Below are positions 1 through 8,357 of a DNA stretch of 64,000 nucleotides, piece by piece. Position 1 is the stretch's first letter. Each line of letters starts with the position of its first letter. The notes below the pieces were generated by a model. The model did not search any database. It was not told the origin of the DNA and saw only the letters and a program-made list of their open reading frames with translations. The DNA comes from Erysipelotrichaceae bacterium. Lineage in GTDB: Bacteria; Bacillota_I; Bacilli_A; RF39; UBA660. The stretch is from the NCBI GenBank assembly GCA_022772985.1, contig JALEZJ010000055.1, positions 1,166 to 65,165 on the forward strand, given 5' to 3'. Both the position numbers and the translations under genes were made by a program.

Positions 1-218
1 ATCTTAGATTGTTCTAATAATTCTTCAAGTACTATGGTAATACTTTCAATGTGGCTACGACTCGCTATTTCTGGGACAACACCACCAAATTTTTTATGAA
101 TGTCAATTTGAGTTACTACTACGGTATTTATTTCAGTAGTTCCGTTTTTGATAATACTCATACTTGTTTCATCACAGCTTGATTCGATTGCTAAACAATA
201 TATATCTTTATTTTTCAT
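1..218 (-). CDS. tsaD: tRNA N6-adenosine threonylcarbamoyltransferase TsaD, N-terminal 72 codons only (gene runs off the window start)
   Basis: Absent from the ORF track because it is partial. My reverse-complement translation from ATG (218-216) gives [26 protein letters not shown]...[18 protein letters not shown], the conserved Kae1/TsaD N-terminus. The start abuts the rimI stop (219-221), completing the usual tsaE-tsaB-rimI-tsaD order. Confidence 0.85.
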   Translation of the reverse strand, partial: MKNKDIYCLAIESSCDETSMSIIKNGTTEINTVVVTQIDIHKKFGGVVPEIASRSHIESITIVLEELLEQSK

Positions 219-575
219 TTACATCACCTGCTTTTCCATTAAAATACCATCTTCATCTCCATAATAAAATTTTCTTCTTGCTACTTCCCGAAAGCCAAAT
301 TGTTTATATAGTCTTCTTGCTATTTCATTACTTATTCTTACCTCTAAAGTGATATTTTCAACGTGATTATTAATAGCAATTGCTACTAAATAACTCATTA
401 GTTTTTTGCCAATTCCTTCTCTTCGTCTATCTTCATCTACAAAGAAAGAATCAATTTCTATTCGATCATAAATCAAAGAATAATTTAAATATCCAATGAC
501 CTGATCGGCTTCATAAAATTCAATTTTTCGGGCGTAAGGATTTGGACTTTCTAGTTCCATGATTTCTCTAATCAT
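219..575 (-). CDS. rimI: GNAT acetyltransferase, RimI-like (ribosomal protein alanine acetyltransferase by context)
   Basis: 118 aa with acetyl-CoA binding motif RRREGIGKKLM. Overlaps tsaB by 8 nt and sits between tsaB and tsaD. It is short for RimI, so the function rests on context. Confidence 0.7.
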   Translation of the reverse strand: MIREIMELESPNPYARKIEFYEADQVIGYLNYSLIYDRIEIDSFFVDEDRRREGIGKKLMSYLVAIAINNHVENITLEVRISNEIARRLYKQFGFREVARRKFYYGDEDGILMEKQVM

Positions 576-1191
576 GTTTTTCCTCTAACGCTTGTGGTAA
601 TTTTAGATAATTAGGGACAACAAGATGTGGATTTAAGGGTTCTTCTTTTTGATAATATGTTATTATTTTTGAAATATCTAGGGATTGTTTTTTTATTTTG
701 TACTTCCCTATTTCTATGTTTTCATTACTTACTATCCTAGGTTGATACTTTTCAATTAATTCTAATACTTTTTCTTTGGTATTAAATTGTTCCTTCATTA
801 TTTCTTGATTATTTTCATCATATAAACCTAAATAATAGTTATCATGATGAGCGTCTATCAGAGCTAGGCAATATTTATGTTCACATGATATTGACATCAT
901 TTTTAGGGAAGATATACTGATAATACTTAAATTTTTTAAATAGGCATATACTTTTGCAATAGTGACCCCAATCCTGACACCTGTAAATGATCCAGGACCA
1001 GTTACTACCATAATTTTTTCAATATCATTGACAGTTAAGTTCGCTTCTTTTATCATTTGTTCAATAAAACTAACTGTATAGATAGAGTGCTTATTAGGAA
1101 TTGACTTAGTTATGTTCGATAATATTTTTTTATCTTTCATAATAGCAATAGATACATCAGAAGATGATGTATCTATAAAAAGAGTTATCAT
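568..1191 (-). CDS. tsaB: tRNA threonylcarbamoyladenosine biosynthesis protein TsaB
   Basis: 207 aa. N-terminus MITLFIDTSSSDVSIAI and GPGSFTGVRIG motif are typical of TsaB/YeaZ. 4-nt overlap with tsaE. Confidence 0.85.
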   Translation of the reverse strand: MITLFIDTSSSDVSIAIMKDKKILSNITKSIPNKHSIYTVSFIEQMIKEANLTVNDIEKIMVVTGPGSFTGVRIGVTIAKVYAYLKNLSIISISSLKMMSISCEHKYCLALIDAHHDNYYLGLYDENNQEIMKEQFNTKEKVLELIEKYQPRIVSNENIEIGKYKIKKQSLDISKIITYYQKEEPLNPHLVVPNYLKLPQALEEKHD

Positions 1192-1640
1192 AAAGCGTCC
1201 TCACATACTCGGGCATATTTCTCACCATGAGGAGTAATCACCATAACACGAGTATTTTCACCCGTTATTTTAAAAGTAATATCCAATCTATCTTTTGGTA
1301 AGGTATCTTCTATCATTTCAGCCCATTCAATGATAGTTACTCCACCTTTTTCAAAATATTCTTCTAATCCTAAATTATCTATTTTCCCATTGGTTCTATA
1401 AACATCTACATGATATAAAGGTAATTCCCCATTATATTCTTTTATAATATTAAATGTTGGGGATGTTATTTCTTCGATGGCCATTGCACTTGCAAATCCT
1501 TTCGTAAAAACAGTTTTGCCACTTCCTAAATCTCCATTTAAACAAATTACCATGTTTGGAAACTTTTCTGACTCTAAATTTTGTGCTACTTCTATTGTTT
1601 CTTCATCACTATGTGTTGTTATTTTGTATGTATTTTCCAT
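1188..1640 (-). CDS. tsaE: tRNA threonylcarbamoyladenosine biosynthesis ATPase TsaE
   Basis: 150 aa with P-loop GDLGSGKT and SPTFNIIKEY motif, characteristic of TsaE/YjeE. Confidence 0.9.
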   Translation of the reverse strand: MENTYKITTHSDEETIEVAQNLESEKFPNMVICLNGDLGSGKTVFTKGFASAMAIEEITSPTFNIIKEYNGELPLYHVDVYRTNGKIDNLGLEEYFEKGGVTIIEWAEMIEDTLPKDRLDITFKITGENTRVMVITPHGEKYARVCEDAL

Positions 1641-1904
1641 TTTTACTCACCTTTCTTTTTTACATATTTAATTATACCGGGTATTATATAAATTGACAAT
1701 ACTTTTTTTTCTTTTTTAGAATTTGTTTCTTATTTAGGATGATGATTATTTATAAATTTACCTTTTCTTTTTGTAGTGATTTTTTCTGCTTGGGTGTTTT
1801 TTTAACAATTCTGATAATATTTTTTATTTTTTGTCAAAAAATAGATACTTTTTGTTTTTTTTATGTTACAATGAGTTTGTAAAAAAGATATAAAGGAGAT
1901 TTCT

Positions 1905-2390
1905 ATGAAGAATATGGAATGTGAAAATGGTAAGCATCGTTATGGTTTATGGAATATTGTTGAAAAGGAACATATTGTTTGGCGAAAATGTGAGGAATGT
2001 TCTCATATATTAACACTGCCTATCTCAGAGATGGAAGTTGAATATTCAGGTCAAATTAGGATGCAAAAAGAAGCTGCTTTATTTTTTAAGGCGTTTCAAA
2101 ATGTTAGTAATCAGGATGAAAATATTATTGGCTATTTGAACGTAATATTACGTGATTATGCCACTTATTTGGGACCAGATAATTTAGAAGTTTTAATTCA
2201 TAGAATGGATGAAATAGAACAATCTGATGTTGTTGATACTAAAAATGCTTTATATATTAATGAAATACAGTCCCATCTAAAATTAAATAATATGGATTTT
2301 GATGATACTTTATATCAGTTTCAAGTTTATAATGGAATTTGTTTGACTGATAGTTTTTCCAATAATCCAGTTGAAGGAAGGCATATGTAG
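1905..2390 (+). CDS. hypothetical protein with N-terminal CxxC...CxxC zinc-ribbon-like motif
   Basis: 161-aa ORF. RBS AAAGGAG lies 6-8 nt upstream of the ATG, with TGtTACAAT (extended -10 like) at 1864-1872. N-terminus ECENGKH...CEECSH. No family recognised. Confidence 0.5.
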   Translation: MKNMECENGKHRYGLWNIVEKEHIVWRKCEECSHILTLPISEMEVEYSGQIRMQKEAALFFKAFQNVSNQDENIIGYLNVILRDYATYLGPDNLEVLIHRMDEIEQSDVVDTKNALYINEIQSHLKLNNMDFDDTLYQFQVYNGICLTDSFSNNPVEGRHM

Positions 2391-2454
2391 GAGGAACATT
2401 ACTTGTTCTTTTTTTATTTTTATATGATTTTAAATAAAAACACATTAGTAAAAA

Positions 2455-2487
2455 ATATAGCTTCAAAATTGAGGCTATATTTTTTTG
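2455..2487. terminator. bidirectional rho-independent terminator between convergent genes
   Basis: 10-bp stem atatagcttc/gaggctatat (one G-U pair) with loop aaaatt. An A-run lies upstream and ttttttt downstream. Confidence 0.6.
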
Positions 2488-2540
2488 TTTATTCAATTGA
2501 AATCATCAGTACTTATGATTTTTTATCTATTCTTTTTATA

Positions 2541-3530
2541 CTATGTATTTGTATCTGGAGTTACTGTGGTATATCCTGAAAAGACTGCTGTTACTTCACT
2601 ACCTTGTGCTGAATTAAAAGTTACTGTTCCTTGAAAGAAGTTATCTGTAGTTGCTGGAACGTTTGTCCCGCCTGATCCAACCGTTTGGTTTGTACCAGTT
2701 TCACTTAACCATACTACAATATAATATACTTGGGAATCTGCATATGTAGTGCTGCTATCTCCTGTATTATTTGAAGTGTTTCCATCATTTGGGGATAGAA
2801 ATTGATTATATACCAAAGCAGAAGTTACATCATTTGTTTGAGTATAATTTGTCCCTGAATGCTTGCTTACTCTGATATAATTAGTTTTAATGATACTATA
2901 ACTATTTCCTGATATAGTTGCAGTTCCTGTCACTCCGTTCGTTCCAGAAAATGTATCTTTTATTTCATCTGTATCGGCTTGACTTTCCCCGTTGGCTCCT
3001 AATGCAGTCCAAGTAAATCCGGTACTTTCTGTTTGTCTTGCAGTTGATGTTCCGGCTGTTGTGCAACTAGTTAGGTTATTACTTGTTTCTGTACAAAAGG
3101 CTTGCGACCATCTCATAGTGGTAGTAGCTGTTACATAATCTGTTGAATTTCCAGAACCACCTGTTAAAGTTACATAACCATCTACAAACATACTTGCCGT
3201 ACCAGTATTATTGACTGTAATTTTATAAATTTGACAAACGGCGTTTCCATTATCATCTACACAAATTCCTTTCGTGCTAGCATTTGTTACTGCTTTTTCA
3301 ACCATGGAATTCGTCATTGGAATTAATCCACCCTTTGTTTCATCTACTGTTGTCTTTTTGGTTACATTTAGATCAAAAGTAATAGTAGCCATATTTCCTT
3401 TAATGGTTGCATTATTACTTTGGGTTGCGGTAAAATATGCAAATGTTGCTCCAATCGTAGCAACCATCAGCGTCATAATTCCAATTACCATATATATTAT
3501 ATTTTCTTTTTTTCTATTTTTTTCTTGCAC
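2541..3530 (-). CDS. secreted TasA/camelysin-like protein with SipW-type signal peptide (paralogue 1)
   Basis: GTG start (3530-3528) 8 nt after GGAGGA. N-terminus KKENIIYMVIGIMTLMVATIGATFAYFTATQ has a basic region, a hydrophobic helix and a G-x-T-F-A-x-F-T motif, as in TasA/CalY signal peptides. The near-C-terminal segment FFQGTVTFNSAQG resembles the YQG..F.F.A.Q segment near the end of TasA. T/S/N/G-rich, with 4 Cys conserved with the paralogue. Confidence 0.65.
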   Translation of the reverse strand: MQEKNRKKENIIYMVIGIMTLMVATIGATFAYFTATQSNNATIKGNMATITFDLNVTKKTTVDETKGGLIPMTNSMVEKAVTNASTKGICVDDNGNAVCQIYKITVNNTGTASMFVDGYVTLTGGSGNSTDYVTATTTMRWSQAFCTETSNNLTSCTTAGTSTARQTESTGFTWTALGANGESQADTDEIKDTFSGTNGVTGTATISGNSYSIIKTNYIRVSKHSGTNYTQTNDVTSALVYNQFLSPNDGNTSNNTGDSSTTYADSQVYYIVVWLSETGTNQTVGSGGTNVPATTDNFFQGTVTFNSAQGSEVTAVFSGYTTVTPDTNT

Positions 3531-3553
3531 GTTATTTTCCTCCTATTGTTCTT

Positions 3554-3581
3554 ATTATATCAAAAATAAATTTTGACACAA
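3554..3581 (-). promoter_or_regulatory. putative sigma-A promoter of TasA-like paralogue 1
   Basis: On the minus strand: TTGTGT, 16-nt spacer, TATAAT, with the last three spacer bases (TGA) giving an extended -10. About 25 nt upstream of the RBS. Confidence 0.45.
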
Positions 3582-3591
3582 TCACTTTTCA

Positions 3592-3620
3592 AAATAAAAA
3601 AGGCTAATTTTCAGCCCTTT
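3592..3620 (-). terminator. putative rho-independent terminator after TasA-like paralogue 2
   Basis: Minus strand reads AAAGGGCTgaaaattAGCCTTTTTTATTTT immediately after the stop at 3625. The stem is short. Confidence 0.45.
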
Positions 3621-3624
3621 CATC

Positions 3625-4617
3625 TTATGTATTTGGTGTTACTCTTGTATGTCCTGAGAATGTTGCTGTAACCTCACTACCTTGTGCTGAAATGAATGTT
3701 ACATTTCCTTGAAAGAAATCAATTGCATTTGTGGCTGCTCCTGTTGCACCAGAAGTTTGGTTATGACCATTTTCACTTAACCATACTACAATATAATATA
3801 CTTGAGCATCTGTAAATGTACTTGAACTAGTACCAGTATTATTACCAGCATTATTATCATTAGCATCTAAATATTGGCTATATACTAATGCAGATGTTAT
3901 ATCAGTTGCTCTAGTGTAGGCAGTATTACCTATGGCATGATCACTTACGCGGATGTAATTTTTATTAATTACAGTATAATTATTTCCGCTAATAGATGCT
4001 GTTCCTGTTACGTCAGCCGGATTATTTTTTATTTCTGCTGTATTTAATCCTGAATTTTGAGTTGAACTTCCTCCTAAAGCAGACATTGAAATCGTACTTG
4101 ATGCTCTTACGGTAGAATTTCCAGCAGTGGTGCACGCTGTTACTTTTCCAGCAGCTTCTGTACTACAAAATGCTTGTGCCCATCTCATGGTCGTTTTTGC
4201 TGTATTATACTGATAAGTTGGATAATCTTCTGGCGTTCCTGAACCACCTGTTAAAGATACATAACCATCTACAAACATACTTGCAGTACTGGTATTTACT
4301 ACTGTAATTTTGTACACTTGACAAACGGCGTTTCCATTGTTATCTACACAAATTCCATTTGAACTTGCTAGGGCTTGCTCCATCATGTTATTAGACATTG
4401 GAATTAGACCACCTTTTGTTTCATCTACTGTTGTCATTTTGGTAACTGATACATCAAAATTAATTGTCGCCATATTACCAGTAATTGTATTATTGTTTGT
4501 CTGGGTTGCGGTAAAATATGCAAATGTTGCTCCAATAATAGCTATCATTAAAGTAGCAATTCCAATCACTCCATAAAATATGTTATTTATATCATATTTT
4601 TGTTTCTTTTGTTTCAT
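3625..4617 (-). CDS. secreted TasA/camelysin-like protein with SipW-type signal peptide (paralogue 2)
   Basis: The track start (4668) is probably too early, because ATG at 4617 is preceded by AAGGAGGAAT. N-terminus MKQKKQKYDINNIFYGVIGIATLMIAIIGATFAYFTATQ. Near-C-terminal segment FFQGNVTFISAQG. Roughly two-thirds identical to paralogue 1 by eye. Confidence 0.65.
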   Translation of the reverse strand: MKQKKQKYDINNIFYGVIGIATLMIAIIGATFAYFTATQTNNNTITGNMATINFDVSVTKMTTVDETKGGLIPMSNNMMEQALASSNGICVDNNGNAVCQVYKITVVNTSTASMFVDGYVSLTGGSGTPEDYPTYQYNTAKTTMRWAQAFCSTEAAGKVTACTTAGNSTVRASSTISMSALGGSSTQNSGLNTAEIKNNPADVTGTASISGNNYTVINKNYIRVSDHAIGNTAYTRATDITSALVYSQYLDANDNNAGNNTGTSSSTFTDAQVYYIVVWLSENGHNQTSGATGAATNAIDFFQGNVTFISAQGSEVTATFSGHTRVTPNT

Positions 4618-4639
4618 TTTATTCCTCCTTATTTTTTTT

Positions 4640-4668
4640 AGTATAGCAAAATCTGTCAAAAAATGCAA
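4640..4668 (-). promoter_or_regulatory. putative sigma-A promoter of TasA-like paralogue 2
   Basis: Minus strand: TTGCAT, 17-nt spacer, TATACT, about 20 nt upstream of the RBS. Confidence 0.5.
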
Positions 4669-4711
4669 TATTTTTTAAAGGTTTTTATAAACATCTTGTT
4701 ATTCTTAGGGA

Positions 4712-6028
4712 TCAGTTTGTATAAACACTAAAGATATTTGAAGAATATTTTTGATAATAAGTTTGTTTTACATATCTTAAAATTTCTCGATTCGTTTGAA
4801 TTGTTTTAGAAATGGTTGCTTCTTCATCATTAATAATAAAAATACATTTGTTTTCTTTACAATAATCATCAATTTCTTTTAAGTATTTTTCTTCACCATG
4901 ATATCCCATGTTTCCATTGTTAATGATATCATACTTATTAATTGGAATTTCATTGTTTAATTTGATTAAGTAAGAAAAATGTCCTAAAATATAAGGATGA
5001 TATTCTGCATATTCATCTAAATATTTTTTTACATTAAAAACATAATCTTCTGTTACGTTGTAAGTTACTCTTCCTTTCATGAAATTATTTACTTTATAGT
5101 GGCTTAAGTATAAGTAGTTTTGTTCTTGAACCATAATTAATGTATTTAATGCTAGAAAAAATGATATTACAGCGGTAGTACCTAATAAACATATATAATT
5201 ATTCTTTTTAAATTTCAAGAGAACAAGATAAGCCACAGGTATAAAGCTTATAATAAAATGAACATAATCTACAATCGGAAAAGTTATAATCTGAAATAAT
5301 AAACAATAAAATATATCTTTTCGTTTGGTTTTTAATGTTTGATACCCCAAAAACAAGATTATCATCCATTCTATTATAAGTAGTAGATTCATTTGAGTAG
5401 TATTTTTATTTGTAAAGTCAAGCATCCCTAATATACAGTAATCTATAAATTCGAAAATATTATTATTTATTATTAAATATAGAAGAAATAAACATCCACT
5501 TACTAAATAAATAGAAATTGTTTTTTTCTTGTTTTTTATATATATTATACTTGGAATCATTAAAATGGCTAAGCTTTGCTTAGTTAATATCATCATACTG
5601 ATTATGATAGGTTCTAAAATATCTGTATATTTTTTTTCTTGAATGTTTAATAATATAAAGAGTAGTAGTAAACTAAACATGTTATAACCAGTGTATGGAT
5701 AGATAAGCAGTAAAATATAAATAATTATTGTACTTTTTTTTATTGTTTTATAACCTAAGAATGTAATTATTGTGATAATTGTTGCAATTACAAAGTGATA
5801 AACAATTAATTTTTTTCCAAAAATTGCTAATATAAATGATAAAAAATAGCTAAATAATGGGGGGATAATCATATTGAAGTCTTTATAAGGAATGAGTCCT
5901 TCTAAAATATTTTTAGCAAAGCCATAATTAAATAATTCATCATCTACAATTGGTCGTATGTAATATGTATAAATAGTTGTTAAAATAACAAGGCAAATAA
6001 ATACTATTATTTTTTGATATTTTTTCAT
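4712..6028 (-). CDS. polytopic membrane protein, GT-C-fold glycosyltransferase-like (PMT/ArnT type), paralogue 1
   Basis: 438 aa. About 10 hydrophobic segments over the first ~290 aa, then a ~150-aa soluble C-terminal domain. An acidic D-D-E lies directly after TM1 (IVDDELFNYGFAKNILEGLIPYKDFNMIIPPLF). Confidence 0.55.
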   Translation of the reverse strand: MKKYQKIIVFICLVILTTIYTYYIRPIVDDELFNYGFAKNILEGLIPYKDFNMIIPPLFSYFLSFILAIFGKKLIVYHFVIATIITIITFLGYKTIKKSTIIIYILLLIYPYTGYNMFSLLLLFILLNIQEKKYTDILEPIIISMMILTKQSLAILMIPSIIYIKNKKKTISIYLVSGCLFLLYLIINNNIFEFIDYCILGMLDFTNKNTTQMNLLLIIEWMIILFLGYQTLKTKRKDIFYCLLFQIITFPIVDYVHFIISFIPVAYLVLLKFKKNNYICLLGTTAVISFFLALNTLIMVQEQNYLYLSHYKVNNFMKGRVTYNVTEDYVFNVKKYLDEYAEYHPYILGHFSYLIKLNNEIPINKYDIINNGNMGYHGEEKYLKEIDDYCKENKCIFIINDEEATISKTIQTNREILRYVKQTYYQKYSSNIFSVYTN

Positions 6029-6058
6029 TTTTTCTACTTCCTATTCTAAGTTTATTAT

Positions 6059-7399
6059 TTATGTTATATACCCACCAAAAACACTAGATGAATATATTTT
6101 GTTATAATTTTTAGTAACATATTCTAAGATTTCAGCATTCGTTTGATTGTAACTTTTTTTTGTTAATTCCATATCATTTACAATAAATAGGCAACTTTGG
6201 TTTTGACAATCTTTTTTTATTTCTTGAATATATTTTTGACTGCCGTGATATCCCATATTACCATCATTAATTAGATCATATTTGTTGATAGGGATATCTA
6301 AGTATAATTTTACTAAATAGCTATAGTTTCCTAAAATATAGAGCTTGTGGTCTGGATATCTTTGGATAAGTTCTTTCATGGTACTGATGTAATTTTCAGT
6401 AATAATAGGGGTCAATCTTCCTTCTAAAAAAGTATTACTTGTGTTATGGTCTAAATAAATTCGTGGTTTTATCGATGTTACATAATCATTCATGAATAAG
6501 ATGGAAACTTGAATTGTCAAAAGGACGAGGAAGGTAGAGATTTTTATAAATTTGGTAAGTTCTTTTTTTTGAAAAAGTATATAAATAACAGGAGCCCATC
6601 CTAGTACAAAATGACTAATGTCTGTGATTGGAAAAGTAATAATTTGATACATTAAGCAATAAAAAGCATCCTTTCTTTCTCCTTTTGTTTTTATTAAAAT
6701 TTGTAACAAAAAAATACAACTTACTAATTCAATTGGAAAATAGTATGTTCTAGTTAAATTATTTTTTTCTGTAAATTCAAACATTCCTAAAAAGCAATAA
6801 TCTATAAATTCTATTAAGTTATTGTTGATTAATAGATAGGTTAAAAATAATAGAAAACATACAAAATAAACGGCAATTGTCTTCTTTTTATTTTTAGAAT
6901 AGATTATATTTGGAATTATTAAAAGGACTAATGTTTGTTTCGTTTGAATCATTAAACTGATAATGATAGGAATCAGTATTTCTTGTTTGTTTGTTTTTTT
7001 ATCTAGAATTGTTAATAAAAGAAATAATAAAAATAGACTATTGATGTTATATCCATTGGTTGAATAAATTAAAAGACAGCTATAGATTAAAAAGGAATAC
7101 CAGCCTATTTTTTTGGATGCTAAATAAGTAATTCCTGTTACTAACACCGCCATTAGAATATGGTAGACGATTAATTTTTTACCAAAAATGAATAAAATGC
7201 CTGCTGTAATGTAGGGAAAGAGCGGCGGAATAATCATATTAAAATCTTTGTAAGGAATGAGTCCATCTAAAATGTTTTTGGCAAATCCATAATTCCAGAT
7301 TTCATCATAAGAATATAAATTCGTAAGATAAAATGAATGCACTATCGCAATTAATGTTAATAAAAGAAAAATAACAATTTTAAGCATTTTTTTCTTCAT
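6059..7399 (-). CDS. polytopic membrane protein, GT-C-fold glycosyltransferase-like, paralogue 2
   Basis: 446 aa with the same architecture and shared blocks (YDEIWNYGFAKNILDGLIPYKDFNMIIPPLF; INKYD.IN.GNMGYHG). Confidence 0.55.
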   Translation of the reverse strand: MKKKMLKIVIFLLLTLIAIVHSFYLTNLYSYDEIWNYGFAKNILDGLIPYKDFNMIIPPLFPYITAGILFIFGKKLIVYHILMAVLVTGITYLASKKIGWYSFLIYSCLLIYSTNGYNINSLFLLFLLLTILDKKTNKQEILIPIIISLMIQTKQTLVLLIIPNIIYSKNKKKTIAVYFVCFLLFLTYLLINNNLIEFIDYCFLGMFEFTEKNNLTRTYYFPIELVSCIFLLQILIKTKGERKDAFYCLMYQIITFPITDISHFVLGWAPVIYILFQKKELTKFIKISTFLVLLTIQVSILFMNDYVTSIKPRIYLDHNTSNTFLEGRLTPIITENYISTMKELIQRYPDHKLYILGNYSYLVKLYLDIPINKYDLINDGNMGYHGSQKYIQEIKKDCQNQSCLFIVNDMELTKKSYNQTNAEILEYVTKNYNKIYSSSVFGGYIT

Positions 7400-7415
7400 G
7401 ATTTTTTTTCCTTTT

Positions 7416-8111
7416 CTAAAGTATTTCCATTACTTTTTCAGCTACTTCTTGATGAATTTCTTCCATTGATCTCATGTGATTATTTTTGGTACATTCAATC
7501 ATTTTGAAATGATATAAGGCTTTTAATTCTAAATATGTCTGTTCCGCTCTTTTTAAGTGATTTTTATCTTTTTCGTTTTGATCTTGTAATTCTTTTCTAG
7601 TTTCTTGTAATTCAATTGTGATTTGATAAGGGACATATAATAATATTACTAAATCTGGTTTTGGTAATTCTAACAAATCAAATTCTAAGACTTCTATTTT
7701 TTTAAAAAATTGAAATCTTTCTTCTTGGGTAGGTATTTTTCCACCTTGATGTGCCATATTGGAAAATGTATATCTATCTAAAATTACATGAATACCATTT
7801 TTTAATAATGTTTCAATTTGATTAATATTGTATTTTCTATCTGCAGCATAATAAAGGGATGAAACTAAACCATCTACATTACTTGCACCTTCTTCAAACC
7901 AACCTTTTTTTTCATTTAATAATTTTTGACAAAGTTCTTCTTTTCCTAAATAACATGAACCAATAATTTTACCAGTGGGTGTTCCATAATTTGGAAAGGA
8001 TAAGTGTTTTGCTTTGATGTGTAATTTGGTTAATTTGTTTTCTAATAATTTGGCTTGTGTTTCCTTTCCTGAGCAATCTGTTCCTTCTATTACAATTAAT
8101 TTTCCTCTCAT
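7416..8111 (-). CDS. tmk: thymidylate kinase
   Basis: MRGKLIVIEGTDCSGKETQ P-loop and dTMP kinase blocks. The ATG at 8111 lies 6 nt after AAGGAGA, so the track start at 8117 is unlikely. Confidence 0.9.
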   Translation of the reverse strand: MRGKLIVIEGTDCSGKETQAKLLENKLTKLHIKAKHLSFPNYGTPTGKIIGSCYLGKEELCQKLLNEKKGWFEEGASNVDGLVSSLYYAADRKYNINQIETLLKNGIHVILDRYTFSNMAHQGGKIPTQEERFQFFKKIEVLEFDLLELPKPDLVILLYVPYQITIELQETRKELQDQNEKDKNHLKRAEQTYLELKALYHFKMIECTKNNHMRSMEEIHQEVAEKVMEIL

Positions 8112-8232
8112 TTTCATTCTCCTTCTTACTTGTTTTAGGATTTTAGTTTTCCTACTTTTAATTCTTGTTTATCATATCATATATTTATTAGAAATGCATT
8201 ATAATTAACTAATGAGATAAAATTTGGAATTT

Positions 8233-8245
8233 CAAAAATCAAATG
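8233..8245. repeat. target-site duplication, left copy (caaaaatcaaatg)
   Basis: Identical 13-mer at 9859-9871. Each copy is separated from the adjacent terminal inverted repeat by 1 nt. Confidence 0.7.
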
Positions 8246-8246
8246 T

Positions 8247-8270
8247 GTTGAATTAAAAAGTAAACGCACG
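8247..8270. repeat. IS left terminal inverted repeat (gttgaattaaaaagtaaacgcacg)
   Basis: Its reverse complement matches 9834-9857 at 23 of 24 positions. Confidence 0.8.
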
Positions 8271-8357
8271 TTTTAAAAAAAATGGAGAATTTACTTTTTT
8301 AAACTCTCGTTCTATAATATATAACTGTTTATGTGTCTCAATGAAAGGAGATAAACT

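Noticed and set aside
2257-2496. 79-aa minus-strand ORF overlapping the 3' end of the 1905-2390 gene
   Set aside because: It spans the bidirectional terminator hairpin, has no RBS and has an implausible composition. It is most likely spurious.
3274-3576. 100-aa plus-strand ORF antisense to the TasA-like gene, and the same class of track ORFs elsewhere (164-352, 1477-1671, 4337-4576, 8014-8208, 8900-9256, 12623-12871, 14128-14511, 15653-15853, 15885-16076, 17862-18200, 18738-18959, 20723-21161, 23831-24049, 26828-27082, 27325-27513, 32965-33150, 36972-37172, 39441-39716, 43675-43875, 46232-46423, 48475-48702, 51103-51321, 51872-52246, 52763-53017, 53279-53560, 55331-55687, 56329-56511, 58960-59250, 60078-60275)
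   Set aside because: Each lies inside, or almost entirely within, a well-supported gene (60078-60275 in another frame of the same strand; the rest on the opposite strand). They have no RBS and give low-complexity F/L/S/I-rich translations typical of antisense frames in AT-rich DNA.
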